64,000 bases of DNA from Azolla caroliniana (Eukaryota; Plantae; Polypodiophyta): NCBI GenBank assembly GCA_043228905.1, contig JBHGNT010000004.1, positions 3,162,001 through 3,226,000 of the forward strand, in the 5' to 3' direction. Position 1 is the first letter of the stretch; each line of letters begins with the position of its first letter. Positions 36,035 to 48,525 of the stretch are shown here, piece after piece. Under the pieces are notes generated by a model. It was given only the letters and a program-made list of their open reading frames with translations, had not been told where the DNA came from and searched no databases. Both the position numbers and the translations under genes were made by a program.

Positions 36035-38395
36035 CCATCGCCATCGCCATCGCCATCGCCATCGCCATCTGTCTACGAGTACACAGGTTGTTAGAATAAT
36101 AATATAAGAATATTTTATAATTAAGATATTATTGGAAAAAAATATACACAAAATTTTGATTCTTCTTTCTATATATGTATATAATATAACATTACACAGC
36201 CTTAACCGGTTTGGCTTTTTTAAGCCTTAACCGATTTGGCCCGACCTGGTTAGGTTTTCGCTTGAGCCTTACCAAACCATATAAGAAATGGTTTAACAAC
36301 TTGGTTTAAGCTTAAACCAAGCTGTTGCCGGCTACTAAAAACATAGAAACAAACAATGTTCCCTTTACCTATGCCAACCAACTTTAAGCTGGTTTTGTCG
36401 CTCAGGTCGACCCAACAAATGCATTGCGTTGCATTATAATACCAACTCAATATGGCCATCGCAACAACTACTTTAACACTCTGGCACCTCCTTTGGTCAA
36501 GGACATCGAACACATGAAGAACCACAAATTCAAGCCGTGATTCATGTTTCATCCACATCACCTCCTTCTCTTGTTTTTGCTTGCCCAATTGTGTGCATTG
36601 TTCTTGGAAAAAGGCAGTCACACTTGATGCCATCATGATTGTTATGATTTGACTTATTATGTTGAGGTTCCATGGAGTTTGCTAAAAAAGTCTTTTATAG
36701 AACTCACCACTCTAACATGTGTCAAACCATTTTAACATCTTCCTAGATACATGAGAAAGGTACATATTCACAATTGTACGAATACATTTTATAACTTCAA
36801 TACATATACATGAAATGGGCATAACTGTAACTTCCATTAGATGGAGCCATTATTTTGGGCTTTATCCATAATCAGTTATACAACTTTAAGACATACTTGA
36901 AATGGCTAGAATTGTGACTTCCAATACATAAACTTACCTCTCGGTTTGCAAGTCATCCATTCAATCAATTGGGCATTTATAACATTCACTCCTTGATAGA
37001 TACTCCAAATGTCAAGAAACAATCATACTTTTTGTTTTTGTTTAAGAATCATGCCAATCAATTCAGACCATTGTTTCCCATCAAGTTTGTGTGAAAAGTA
37101 TGCCACTCAATCAAATTTTATAAGGAAAAAAATAGTCGCCATTTTGTGAAAGATTTAGACAAGTATTGTTAACACTACACATACGATGGATTGATTGCAT
37201 TCGACATGTGTGCTCATGCATCATTATTCTCCTTTTGTAAATCATTGTTACATACAATGGATTCATTCAAGAGGCATTGTGAACACTATGACTCGGCTCA
37301 CACATAAACCTAGCCATTAAACCAATTTAAAACAGTGTGGCAGTTTAGCAGCGTATTTCAGCTACGTTCAAACTTGAGCTTCCCAAGTGTTGATCGTGAA
37401 TAAGTACACATAGACATTGTACATGCCTACTTATTCATGACATTTTAATATATTTTCATCCCTTCGAATGACTACAAAAACATGTTTGTGTTGATCCCGG
37501 AAAGTTAAAGAGGCAACACTTGTAGAGCTGGACATGCTTAAAACTGCCATAACCTATTTTAGGCTTGAGACTCAAACACAACTGGTCATATCTTGTATAT
37601 GCACATGATTTACCTGATATATCCATCTTAATAAATACCCACTTAAACTCAATAAAAAACTTTCACATAATTAAAAGCATCATCCTTGACCACGCATATA
37701 TAACTTAGAAAGAAAGAAAGAAAGAAAGAAGAAAGAAAGATCTATTAACGTCTTCTTAGGAATATGGTTAGACAGGAAAATACTAGGTTATATTCTCACT
37801 TATGGACTTCATTAGGAGAAGGTACTGAAAGTGTAATGATATTATTTATAGGAGAAAGATCATCTTTGAACTTCGCATCAGGATTCAGCAAGTGCCAAGA
37901 GCATTAACTAAATATGATTTGTAGCATAATTACAAAGCTTGCATAACAACTTGGATACAAATATTTATTTGTTTCAAGTCCAAAAAATGTCAATCAAGAA
38001 ACAAAATATTGTTCGCCCACACAAACAAAAAAACTCATTGGCTTTAAGAAATGTCAATCCATTGAATTTGTTTGCACTCCAGGAAATCTCACACATGTGC
38101 TTCCAATAAGACGTATTCTTATCTGAAAATGGATAAGCCAATATTATAAAATTGTCTCGTCACTGTTTATTACGCTGAAAGACAATATACAAACACATTT
38201 TTTCATGTTAAACAGATTAATATACCCCAGTAGGGTTTTGCTTGAAAACCACACCTAATCTCACATCCAATGTATTTTCACAAACAATGTGGCCATCCTT
38301 GGATACCAATACAACTCCTCCATTAATTTCATAAATTAATATCCCATGAAACAAACCAATTCAGATATTGTCGACAGAAAAAACATTGAAAACCA
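36035..38395 (-). pseudogene. VHA-E: Condensed locus copy D: purH start-codon context, intergenic element, VHA-E 3' flank and exons 6 and 5
   Basis: 36063-36090 resembles 8171-8207; 36880-38390 matches 8635-10155. The exon 5 homolog at 38226-38325 (NGGVVLVSKDGHIVCENTLDVRL) has lost its acceptor AG. Confidence 0.9.
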
Positions 38396-39115
38396 AGCTC
38401 GTTTGTGTGTGAGAGCTTATGGTAAATGAGAAAAACACTACACCCTTTTATAATCATGTGCTTGTACTCAAACCCATCGATAATAATGGCTACAACTAAT
38501 ACCCATGCCCTTAATTCATGTTTCAAACTAGAATAATTTATCCATCTTGTGCTTTGGGGCTTGCCTTAATGGGTTCTTTGGGTCTTCAAACATTCCATCA
38601 ACCTTATATTTCTTTGTGCTCTAAGATAGGTCAAATATTTCACATTGAACTAATACATACCATTTGCATGTTGTGCATGTGGAGTTGATAGATGACTTGA
38701 TATTTTTTACCTACATTGCAATTGAGAGGGCATCATGATGGAACGAGAAATGTGGAGGGGAAGATAGGTTAGAGTTGAAAATATGGGGAAAGCAAAGCTA
38801 GAATTTGATTGAAAGTAGAGCATTGCAATTGAGTAAAATCATGCATATGCATACATGACGAGTCTCTTGGCATATGCCCCAATCTTGCCTCACAACAAGA
38901 GAATGTCAAAACAATGGTAATGCTACAAATACTAAACAAACAATTAAATGAGAAGATTAAGGGGGGGAAAACCGAGGGCTTTGCCTGAACAATCGAGTGT
39001 TGGAAATGTCAACGAGTTGTTATAATGAAGGGGGTATCCAATACCTGTTGCATAGCTAAACACCTTAGGTTCCTACATTGCCTCATATGACAACTCCTTA
39101 TGGGTTTGTAGCATT
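38395..39115. repeat. Inverted partial copy of the spacer
   Basis: Reverse complement of ~34385-35160 and shares copy C's internal deletion (aagaaatataagg...ggaatgtttgaagacc). Confidence 0.9.
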
Positions 39116-40020
39116 CCCGTGAGCCTTTGGATGGACATCCCACGGAAGCATTTATGGCTACCCAACCAATTGTACCTAATGATATCGACTTCAACCCTTG
39201 TATTATTATAGCCAACACTGTAGTTCTATTCATGGTTATAGAGGCTACATAACTAGTTCATCTCATTCAATTTGTGCACCGACTCCCAAAATCTCAAGCT
39301 GATTTTTCTGTTGGCAGTGCTCGTTGATAACCTTAGTATTGTTGGATGCTGTTACTTTGAGCCCACCATACCTAGCGGGTAGGAATTGTGAATGGCTTGG
39401 ATCGACTCAAGCCTAAATCAAGCCATTAAACTATTGTCCACACTTTCTAAAATAAAACCGTAAAAGGCCCCTTAATTTAATCACTTTTTTCATTAAGAAT
39501 TCATGTGTTAATCCATCCCATGCATGACTCTTGTCATTAGTAAGACGACATGACAAGTTCCACCCCATCCTCTAAATATTAGCATCTAATTATTGTGCCT
39601 CATCATGCGATACATGGTTTTTCACTCCATTAAAAAATACATATGTATCCCTTTTAACATTAACACACTTACACATCCAACAATTGTGATAATATTCTTT
39701 GCCTTTCTTCACAATTTCTTGAGGATCGGAAAACATGATACCATTTTGCTCTAACCTTACCACATTATGTCATGCATGTGATTCATGAAGATGATGAAAA
39801 AACTTATGTGATTGACAATTAGCATCCTCCACATCTTGTCTTAGATGATGTCATTGACAATTGTTTACCCTAAGATCATGCATCGCAAAAATTAATATCT
39901 CTTGATATCCCATCAATTCTACATCTGTCGGCCAATAAGTTAACAATGAGTTGCATTTATCAAGCAAATTAACTAGGAGACTTAATTTTTTTCTCCTTTT
40001 AAAAACATGGTGAACTCTAT

Positions 40021-40033
40021 AATACCTAGTTAA

Positions 40034-40079
<46 letters not shown>
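40021..40079. repeat. (CT)n microsatellite; another at 55651-55708
   Basis: Directly visible dinucleotide runs. Confidence 0.97.
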
Positions 40080-40086
<7 letters not shown>

Positions 40087-41118
40087 ACTCCTCTTTCCCG
40101 TGAAAACAAAGGGCTCTAGAAAACACGAGGGGCAGTTTAGTAAATTGCCCATCAAACACTTTGGTCTTTATTTCCAACAGAATCACCCTTGATGGGACCC
40201 TCTTCTTGGAAACAAAGCTTTTTGTGTTCTGAAGCAAAGCCAATTGTCAAACATGAGCCATCACCACAGAAATCAAGAAACGGTTTTATTCTCTTTGTGA
40301 TGACTCAATCGTGTGCAAAGAAAAGTAATCGAAGATTGTAAAATACGGTTTTATCCTGTATATTGATGTGAACGCACGATTGAATGCGATAATGAATGTC
40401 AAAATTGTGGTAATGAAGTTGATTTTCAGACATTGTTTTAGATGTTTTCTTTATCAAGCACCATGCATGAATTTTTTTGATGACCATTCAAAATTAACTC
40501 TACCTTTTATGATAAGTGTTAGTTGCATCTTCCTGACGCTGATGTAATGTGAGTGATGATCAGATAGTGTATATAATGTTCGATACTCTATTGATGTGAT
40601 GTTGGATTATTTGATATAGTATAATATCAATCGTCATCACGATGTTAACCTTCAGATGTTGTTTTCTTTTCCAAGAATGATGCGTGAACTTTTTAGTGGT
40701 GATTAGAAAGAATTCATGCTATTTGCATCTTGCTTATGATTGTCTTCACAATATGATATGGTTCTTCTCGATTCTGTACGTGTGATTTTTTGCATCAGAA
40801 ATTTGTTCTTATCACTGCCAAAATTTGCAGAATTCATCCTAAGCATATACAAAATTGATATCTTTACCATTATTAATCTAAAAATTTTGGGTTGTAGGAA
40901 GTAAGGTGATATCATGGCGTCTCATGTTTAGTACAATAATGTTTTTCATAACCATGGCTCTTCTTGCAGATTCTTAAACCTACTGTTGCTTACAATTTCT
41001 GGGTAGTTGATTAAAAGGTCTTCGAAAAACATATAGATAGGGTATCAATATCATGGTACTCATGTCTACATGCTTATATCCAAGATTTAGTTTATAAATA
41101 CCATCAAAGGACAATAAG

Positions 41119-41492
41119 ATGCCAGGAGAAATTATTACGATCCAATGTGGGCAGTGTGGAAATCAGGTAAATTAACAAACATTCTACCTATCACTATCCT
41201 TTATTGGCTCTAGATGAAAGTATTATTTTTATTTGATCTTTGTAGGTAGGTTATAGATTTTGGGATCTTGGCGCGCAAGAACATGCAACCTTCAACCCAT
41301 CACGAACATTTGATCTACCCATGAGCAAGTCCTCATTTCTACTACCTACTCACCATTTTTTAATTGATTCTTTTGGTGCCATAGAAATCTTTTTTGTTTT
41401 TCTTCAGTTTCTTTAGAAATGTGGACATCTGGTATATGCTTCCACTTGAGCTTCCAATCCGTGATGGAAAATCTGCTATTCAGTTTCTGGAG
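41119..41492 (+). pseudogene. TUBE1: Epsilon-tubulin 5' fragment (3 exons: 41119-41166, 41246-~41328, 41408-41492)
   Basis: Reads MPGEIITIQCGQCGNQ|VGYRFWDLGAQEHATFNPSRTFDLPMS|xFFRNVDIWYMLPLELPIRDGKSAIQFLE. FWxL..EH plus FFRNVD is characteristic of epsilon-tubulin (BLD2/TUBE1), not alpha, beta or gamma. No downstream ARAVxxDME exon was seen. Confidence 0.82.
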
Positions 41493-42099
41493 GTATGTAT
41501 TTTCAAGTACCTTTTTTTCTCATAACTACTGTATTTTTGTTTTAATCCTCTACATGATATCCAGGGTTTGTCTTTCATGAAGCCTCCCTTCTCCCAAGAA
41601 AGTAGACAACTCAACCAACTTTTAACCTTATTTATACATATTAAGTGACTTGGAAGCATATAATCCTAGGATAGAATATTTAAAGGACCCTCCTAGGTAG
41701 CCGTGGGCTACCCTCAAAAGTCAATGGCTACCAAATCCATTGTCATAACTAGGTAATTTACTACTAGATAGCCAACTCTAGTTAGGTTTTCCATGCCAAA
41801 ACATTGCCAAAATGCCACTAGAATTTGGAACTAATACCACTGTTCTATTTAGCCTCTCATTAAGAACCAATTAAACATGGCTTACTCTTTAGTAGAAAAC
41901 CTGATTTTGGACAACATATGCTAACAAAATAACTTGACTTGCACATAGAAGCATTTGAGCCCAAGACCTTGACATGCAAAAACATCATAAATCAAGCATA
42001 GGTCAGCCCAAGATATGAAAAATTGAACTCAATACCTTCCCACTTATGTCTAATACTCCACCCAACATGATGATGAACTCATAACTAAAAGGAAGAATT

Positions 42100-43750
42100 A
42101 ATCTTAGGAATATGTTTAATCGGCACATATGATGAACTCACAACTCCCTTAACACATGTTTAATCGGCATTAAGCACTAAAATATAAATGATGCTAGATT
42201 TGTTTTCATTCTTGTGGGAACAAATTCTCATATGTGTTTGGATGAAAAATGTTTGGATGTCTCTTTGAAACAAAACATATTTTACATGAAGTGAAAATCT
42301 ACCGTCAATTTCATGAAGAAGAGCTTTCCAAAATGTAATTTAATCGATATTCTTAGTTCTTCTTTTAATGCTCCAAAAGCTAGAGAAATATATTATATTC
42401 AATGAATATTTGAAATTTGTCCTTATATTATGGATATTGCGAGGGAGGTGCTTAATGGCTTTGAAAATATCAAGGCATGTGTAGGCAACTTGGCTGAGCT
42501 AGTTGGGCTAGATCGCCAGAAACATTTGAATAGCACATGAATGAACAACATATGCAAACAAAACTCTTGATTTCATATGGTTTGATGATCTATATGATGC
42601 AACTATATATTGCAATAGCTTGTGTCAATAAACATCATGATTATTGAGGTAAGCACACGATTCTCTAGACATAGATTGTGAATGAGATATAAGAGTGTCA
42701 CTAAGTAGATAAAACCCCTCGCAACACATAAAATAGTACGTGAAAGTGATATTACTCATTTGAGGCCAATAATAATAAAAACATTCGAAACTCACCATAT
42801 TATGTTTGTTGTAAGGTCATTCAATAAAAATGTTTTCTTTGTTCAATAAAATTGCTTTGTTCTTGGTAAAATAGCACTCTAAAAGGGAAAAATCTAAGGC
42901 ATGCCTTTTTTCCTTTTATATTATACGTGGTTGGTGGAAATCGATCAAGTTTACTTCTATAGATACCAATAACATGTTGCATGCTCTCCGAAGGGCAAAC
43001 ACTAACATGAAATAAGCACATTATCCCTTTTGAAATATTTGTGAATGAAACTTTAGACTTGACGAAAGTGATGGATGAGTGTTCAAGTGCATATTTTAAC
43101 ACTTTATGGTATCACATGCACACTTGTTCGTGCAACATGGACTCGAGTCAACTAACGTTGGATTCACACGTGGAAGCAAATAATTTGAGAAGAAAATGTG
43201 ACAATGGTATCACAAAACCATTGTTGTTGGATGCTTGAAACCATTCTGATTTTGACTACATGTGAGACTGTATCCACACTTTTAAGTTGTAAGCAAATAA
43301 CTTCAGAATAGCGGTCCCTTTGGGTCCACAAAATTAATGCCTACCCAACACCTTTGTAGATTTTATAAAATATGACCACATAGAAAGTTTCCAACTATGC
43401 AATTGGGTAACCACAATGTTGGCAAATTAACCCATCAATGGAGCAACGTGTGGATACTAATATATGCTTTTACCACATCATTGCCAACACTTTCTTTGAC
43501 CCATATCAAGAGATGAATGTGAATCAACCCTAAGGATGATTGAAAGAAAAAGAAACATATTAATGAAATGTGAGTTTGTAGAACTCTTTAACAAGAGACA
43601 CATTTTAAGGCCCTTTGCTAAAATAGCATATCCTATATAGTACTCCCACAACCATCGATAATATATCCAAAACAACAAGGATATAACCCATGTGCTTTAC
43701 TGTTGAGCTATGTAAAAGAAAAATTTTAGAAAATATAACAGATTGACCTT
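42100..43750 (+). mobile_element. Highly decayed hAT-like transposase relic
   Basis: Fragmentary similarity only: VNETLDLTKV resembles the hAT DETTD motif, and GFENIK...KHLNS resembles the upstream conserved block. Many stops; ends not defined. Confidence 0.4.
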
Positions 43751-43753
43751 TGG

Positions 43754-45405
43754 TTAAATAGTATGTACTAACCACTCTGAAACAGCTAAATCATATGATG
43801 CTACATGTTTAATAGCTTTCCATGCGAGACGTTTTCTGAATTTTTCTTCTTCAACATCCCCCTTACCTTGCAGGTGTTCTATGAGGACAGGATAATCTTG
43901 TGGATCAACTACCACAAGTACATCAGCATAACTCTGAAAAGCCAACAAAAGGCCATCTCTTAGGAGCTTATTCTATACATAGAGCTTATTAAGGAGATCA
44001 ACATTATGGTAGGAGCAAGAATCATTAAAACCTCTTCATGTATTCTAAAAGGAAGGCTTAGATGAAAATGCAGCAAAACAAGTCAAATAAGAATATTCAG
44101 AGAGATGTTACAATGACATAAACGAATGATCAGTTTTGAACTTAGATTTGCGCATACAACTGCATTTATAAAAGGGGTAACAGTGGAGTACTTTTATAGC
44201 TGCACGTATCATTGCTGGTCCACCAAAATCAATATTCTCCACAGCATCCTCAAAAGACAGTATGGTTGACGCAGTGACAGTTTCATAAAATGGATAGAGA
44301 TTCACCACCACAATGTCAATTGCACCTAGTTAAGGATGAGGGAAAAAGAGATGAAAATTAATTATAGATGGGAACTTTACACTCAACATTGTCCTCATTG
44401 CTAAAAGGATATATATTAAATCTCTGCTGGCATTTCCTAACAGAATTATACCTTGAGATGATTTAAAACTGGACTTGGTTATGCTGATTCAGACTCACCT
44501 ATATTCCATTGCTTTAAAACATCCATATGTGCATCAATGCCTCGTCTTGCAAGGATGCCTCCATGAACATTAGGATGCAATGTTTTCACATGACCATTCA
44601 GCTGATAATATAAGTTGCAAATAAGAGTGGTTACCTCATATAGTAGGTTTACAAATTTAAAACAATGTGATTCATCTGTGTTTCTTGAAATGAGAACCAA
44701 CAGATAGCATTGTAATAGAAATGGTATAGATATGAAAATACTAAGAATGAAACAACATTACCTAGCAGTTAATGTAGTCAGTACTGTAAATACCGCAGTA
44801 AGCACATATTATTACGGTTACCTAATACCATACAATGAGGTACTCGGTGTGCTAGATTCCTAATTTCTTATAAAGTGCCTAATACACACCCAATTATAAT
44901 CTTTTACTTCTTTTCTTACACACCATGTCAAGACATGCCGTAAGCTTCTCAACTTTCTTCACAGAAATGCCAACTTCTTCTAGAGTCACTGCTGTACCTC
45001 CAGTGGACACGGTGGTATAACTGTAAAAATTGGTCTACATTAGTAGGAAAATTCTTGGGGTTTTCTATGTTTCAAATGTCCATCCTTGGCTTACTCTAGC
45101 TCAATCAAACTCCTTCCCAGAAATTCAATATTAGCTTTGTCTAACAGCGAAATCAGTGCTACCTTTGATCCTGTTACAAAAAGGACAGGGTTTAGAGTGT
45201 AGGTAGCATGCCATTACACAGAGATAAAAGAAGCTACAATGTTAATGATGCTTTGAACATCACCACCGGGTTTAATACGGTTTCGGAAGAAAGCAACTAG
45301 GAGAGATAGCAGAAAACGAAAGAAAATGAAGTAAACGTCGATTATTAATAGAGAATAGATACCTGGAAGAGACGAATTCTCCCGTTGCAAAGGAGGGGTT
45401 TGTCC
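43754..45405 (-). pseudogene. purH: purH fragment in copy E: exons 2-6 (IMP cyclohydrolase domain) plus the tail of exon 1
   Basis: 43770-45260 is colinear with 5065-6600 including introns. Exons are open but conserved residues are altered (NGHVKT, NIDFGG, AAIKS). Exon 6 is truncated at SEWLVHTI*. Confidence 0.93.
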
Positions 45406-45407
45406 GT

Positions 45408-45835
45408 GATCTAAGTAGGGCAGAATGCTTTATTACTCATACATTGACCATACATCTTCTCTTTTATGTCTAGCTGATTTTCTTTTCGCTCATATTCCTG
45501 TCTTATCTTGCGTTTCTCTGCCTACACAATCTGCAGCTTTCTCAATGTTGAACTCCTGCCACATAAGTAAAATACGGCAAATCAGTGACTTTACCATATA
45601 CACACAAGCATCAGAACCTCAACTTCTCCCCCCTTTCCCTGGAGAAGTATCGTACCATATCCACCAGTATCATCTTGGCAAGTACGACGAACAAACAGAT
45701 AAAGAGAAACAGGAGGAGCAAAAATCAAAACTCTGCAGCAGAGACCGCTATCTTGTTAGCTTTCTCCTCGGCTTCCAGCCTTATGAATCTCGATCATTTC
45801 TGCTGGACCTGCTTGGACATATCCACATCATTCAT
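45408..45835 (-). pseudogene. VHA-E: VHA-E exons 1-2 in copy E, frameshifted, fused upstream of the purH fragment
   Basis: Exon 1 reads MNDVDMSKQVQQK*; exon 2 has a 1-bp insertion; intron 1 is internally deleted. Confidence 0.9.
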
Positions 45836-48525
45836 GGCATCGATCATTTCTGCAAACGGTGGTGAGATATATAAAGCGATAGCTAAATATCTATGGTTAT
45901 AGCCAAGGCCATAGCCATTGCCATGGTCATCATGTATCCGTAGATACAACCATTAACACATACACTGCAGATTTAAGGGGTCTGATCTAATAATAGAATG
46001 CGCAGAATTTCTTCTTCTTCTTCTTCCTGAGTAATAATAATGTACAGAATCTCGTAGTACATAATATACTCGAATGCATTGGCAAACATTCCTTTCTTAC
46101 GAATGAAAAAGAATGCGTAGTTATCAAAACATTCTCTCTCTTTTTCACACTCTTTACCTTAATTTTCATAACTTAAGAACAAACTCGTGCCAGTATTAGA
46201 ACTTAGAAGTTTAAAACGACATACATATATATGTACATATGTATTATCAAATGGAGTGGTGTTCCTTCATTGTCCCACCACCACCATAAAAAAGACTTGG
46301 AGATGGACACTGCCGCTCGGAAAGAGAGTTGGATGATTCCAATGGCCGCGATTGTCAGATCACATGGAAGGGTTCATGAGTCTCGCGCTATATATTTGTA
46401 TATGTTGTCTCGGTCTACAATCTACAAACCCATCTTTCTCTCGCTTGTACATGTGTGTGCATATTCCATGCATACTTGATCATGAGGCAATGCCACAAGC
46501 ATGACCTTGCAAACCAATTCTAACGGTTAATTTCCATGGTTTGGAAACCGGTCATCCTACGGCATGCGACAAACCTGTAAGGAGTTGTCATATGAGGCAA
46601 AGTAGGAACCTAAGGTGTTTAGCTATGCAACCGGTATTGAATACCCCCATCATTATAACAACTCGTTAATGTTTCCAAGACTTGATTGTTGAGGCTAAGC
46701 CCGCTGTCTTCAAATCCATTCTCATCACGACTCGAAGGTATAAAATGATGGCCATATTCGATGGTATGGAACACCAATTGGTTTTTGTGGTTAAGCACCC
46801 TAAACCCGTTTTTCCACCTTAATCTTCTCATTTAATTGTTTGTCATTAGTATTTTGTAGCATTACCATTGCTTCCACATTCTCTTGTTGTGACACAAGGT
46901 TAGGGCATATGCCAAGAGACCCGTCATGTATTCATATGCATGTTATTTTTACCTCAATTGCAATGCTCCCCTTTCAATGACATTCAAGTTTAAATGCTTT
47001 CCCCATATTTTCAACTTTAACTTATCCTACCCTACACATTTCTCTTTCCATCATGATGTGCTCTAAATTGCAATGTAGGTAAAAAATATCAAGTCATCTA
47101 TCAACTCCACATTCACAACATGCAAATGGTATGTGTTAATTCAATATCTCATATATGACCTATCTTAGAGCACGAAGAAACATAAGGTTGAGGGCCTAGA
47201 TGGAAATCCATGTTCATCTAGATAAAAATCATCGGACTTCAAATATGCAGCAAATGATACTATGAATCAAACTACATTGTGTTTGACTTGAAGCTTGGGA
47301 GATGAATTGAGGTTATAACTTGTTTATACCATAATACAAATTATTAACAACACATTGCCACCGTCAAGCATAGAGAACCAAATGTTCCATGATCAACTTT
47401 TTTTGGAGACTACAATCATGATTATGGGAACCATTCGAATGATTGGATTCGTAGATAGAGTCAAAATGTTCTCAACTATATTACCTCATTTTGTAGAAAG
47501 AGAATGTTTGAAGACCCAAAGAACCCATTAAGGCAAGCCCCAAAGCACAAGATGGATAAATTATTCTAGTTTGAAACAAGAATTAGGAGCACGGGTATTA
47601 GTAGAAGCCATTATTATTATTATTGATGGGTTTGAGTACAAGCACATGATTATAAAAGCGTGTACTGTTTTACTCATTTATAGTAACGTAAGCTCACACA
47701 CAAACGACAAACAATCTTGTAAGCCCTAATGACATAACTAATTATGTTAATTGATACTCAGAGAAGTAAAAATCAATCAAACCTCGCATAACCCACCTGC
47801 ACTAGGTAGATACTCATAATCTTTGCATTCCTAGATGAAAGAAGGTGAAGTTGTGTTCTCATGAATGGATGGATGTATTGAATTCAACACAATGGTTAAA
47901 AGGAGAAAATGCTTAATCTATCCCGATAAAGAGTGGGGGAGATAGTTAAACCAAGATATATTCCTCACATCTAAACATCGTACGCCCAAATGTGATAGTA
48001 GCCCAAAAAACTCTCTCCAGAACAATGCACCAACACCACTTTGTCTCCATTACAGTAGTGGATGCATGGAATGGTGATCTGAAGAGCAAAACAGAATGCG
48101 TTAAAGAATCATTCAGTTCATTTACCAAATTTCTCTAGTTTTACTCCCATGCAACACCAGAAGTGAAATACGAATCATTTGAATGGAGCATAATTGATTC
48201 GGATAAATATGTATGATTGAAGCAAAAAAACACAAAGCTGCAATGAATGATGAAGTGCCATTGTTGATAGTGCGTTCATAAAATTCAACTTTCCAATCCA
48301 GAAGCCAAAATCATTGTCGTATAGGCCATGTTAAACCATATAACATCAGAAACACTAGCCAATGTGGCCATGATACTCAGGTAAGATATGGTACTGCATA
48401 AAAAATGTGGAGTAACCAGAAACCATTCTGAACGGTGGAGCACAAGACCTCTCAAAGCTGCCTTCTTCTTTTTCTTCTTTTTCTTCTTGGTCTTCTACTG
48501 ATATCCATACACATGCAGGTTTTTG

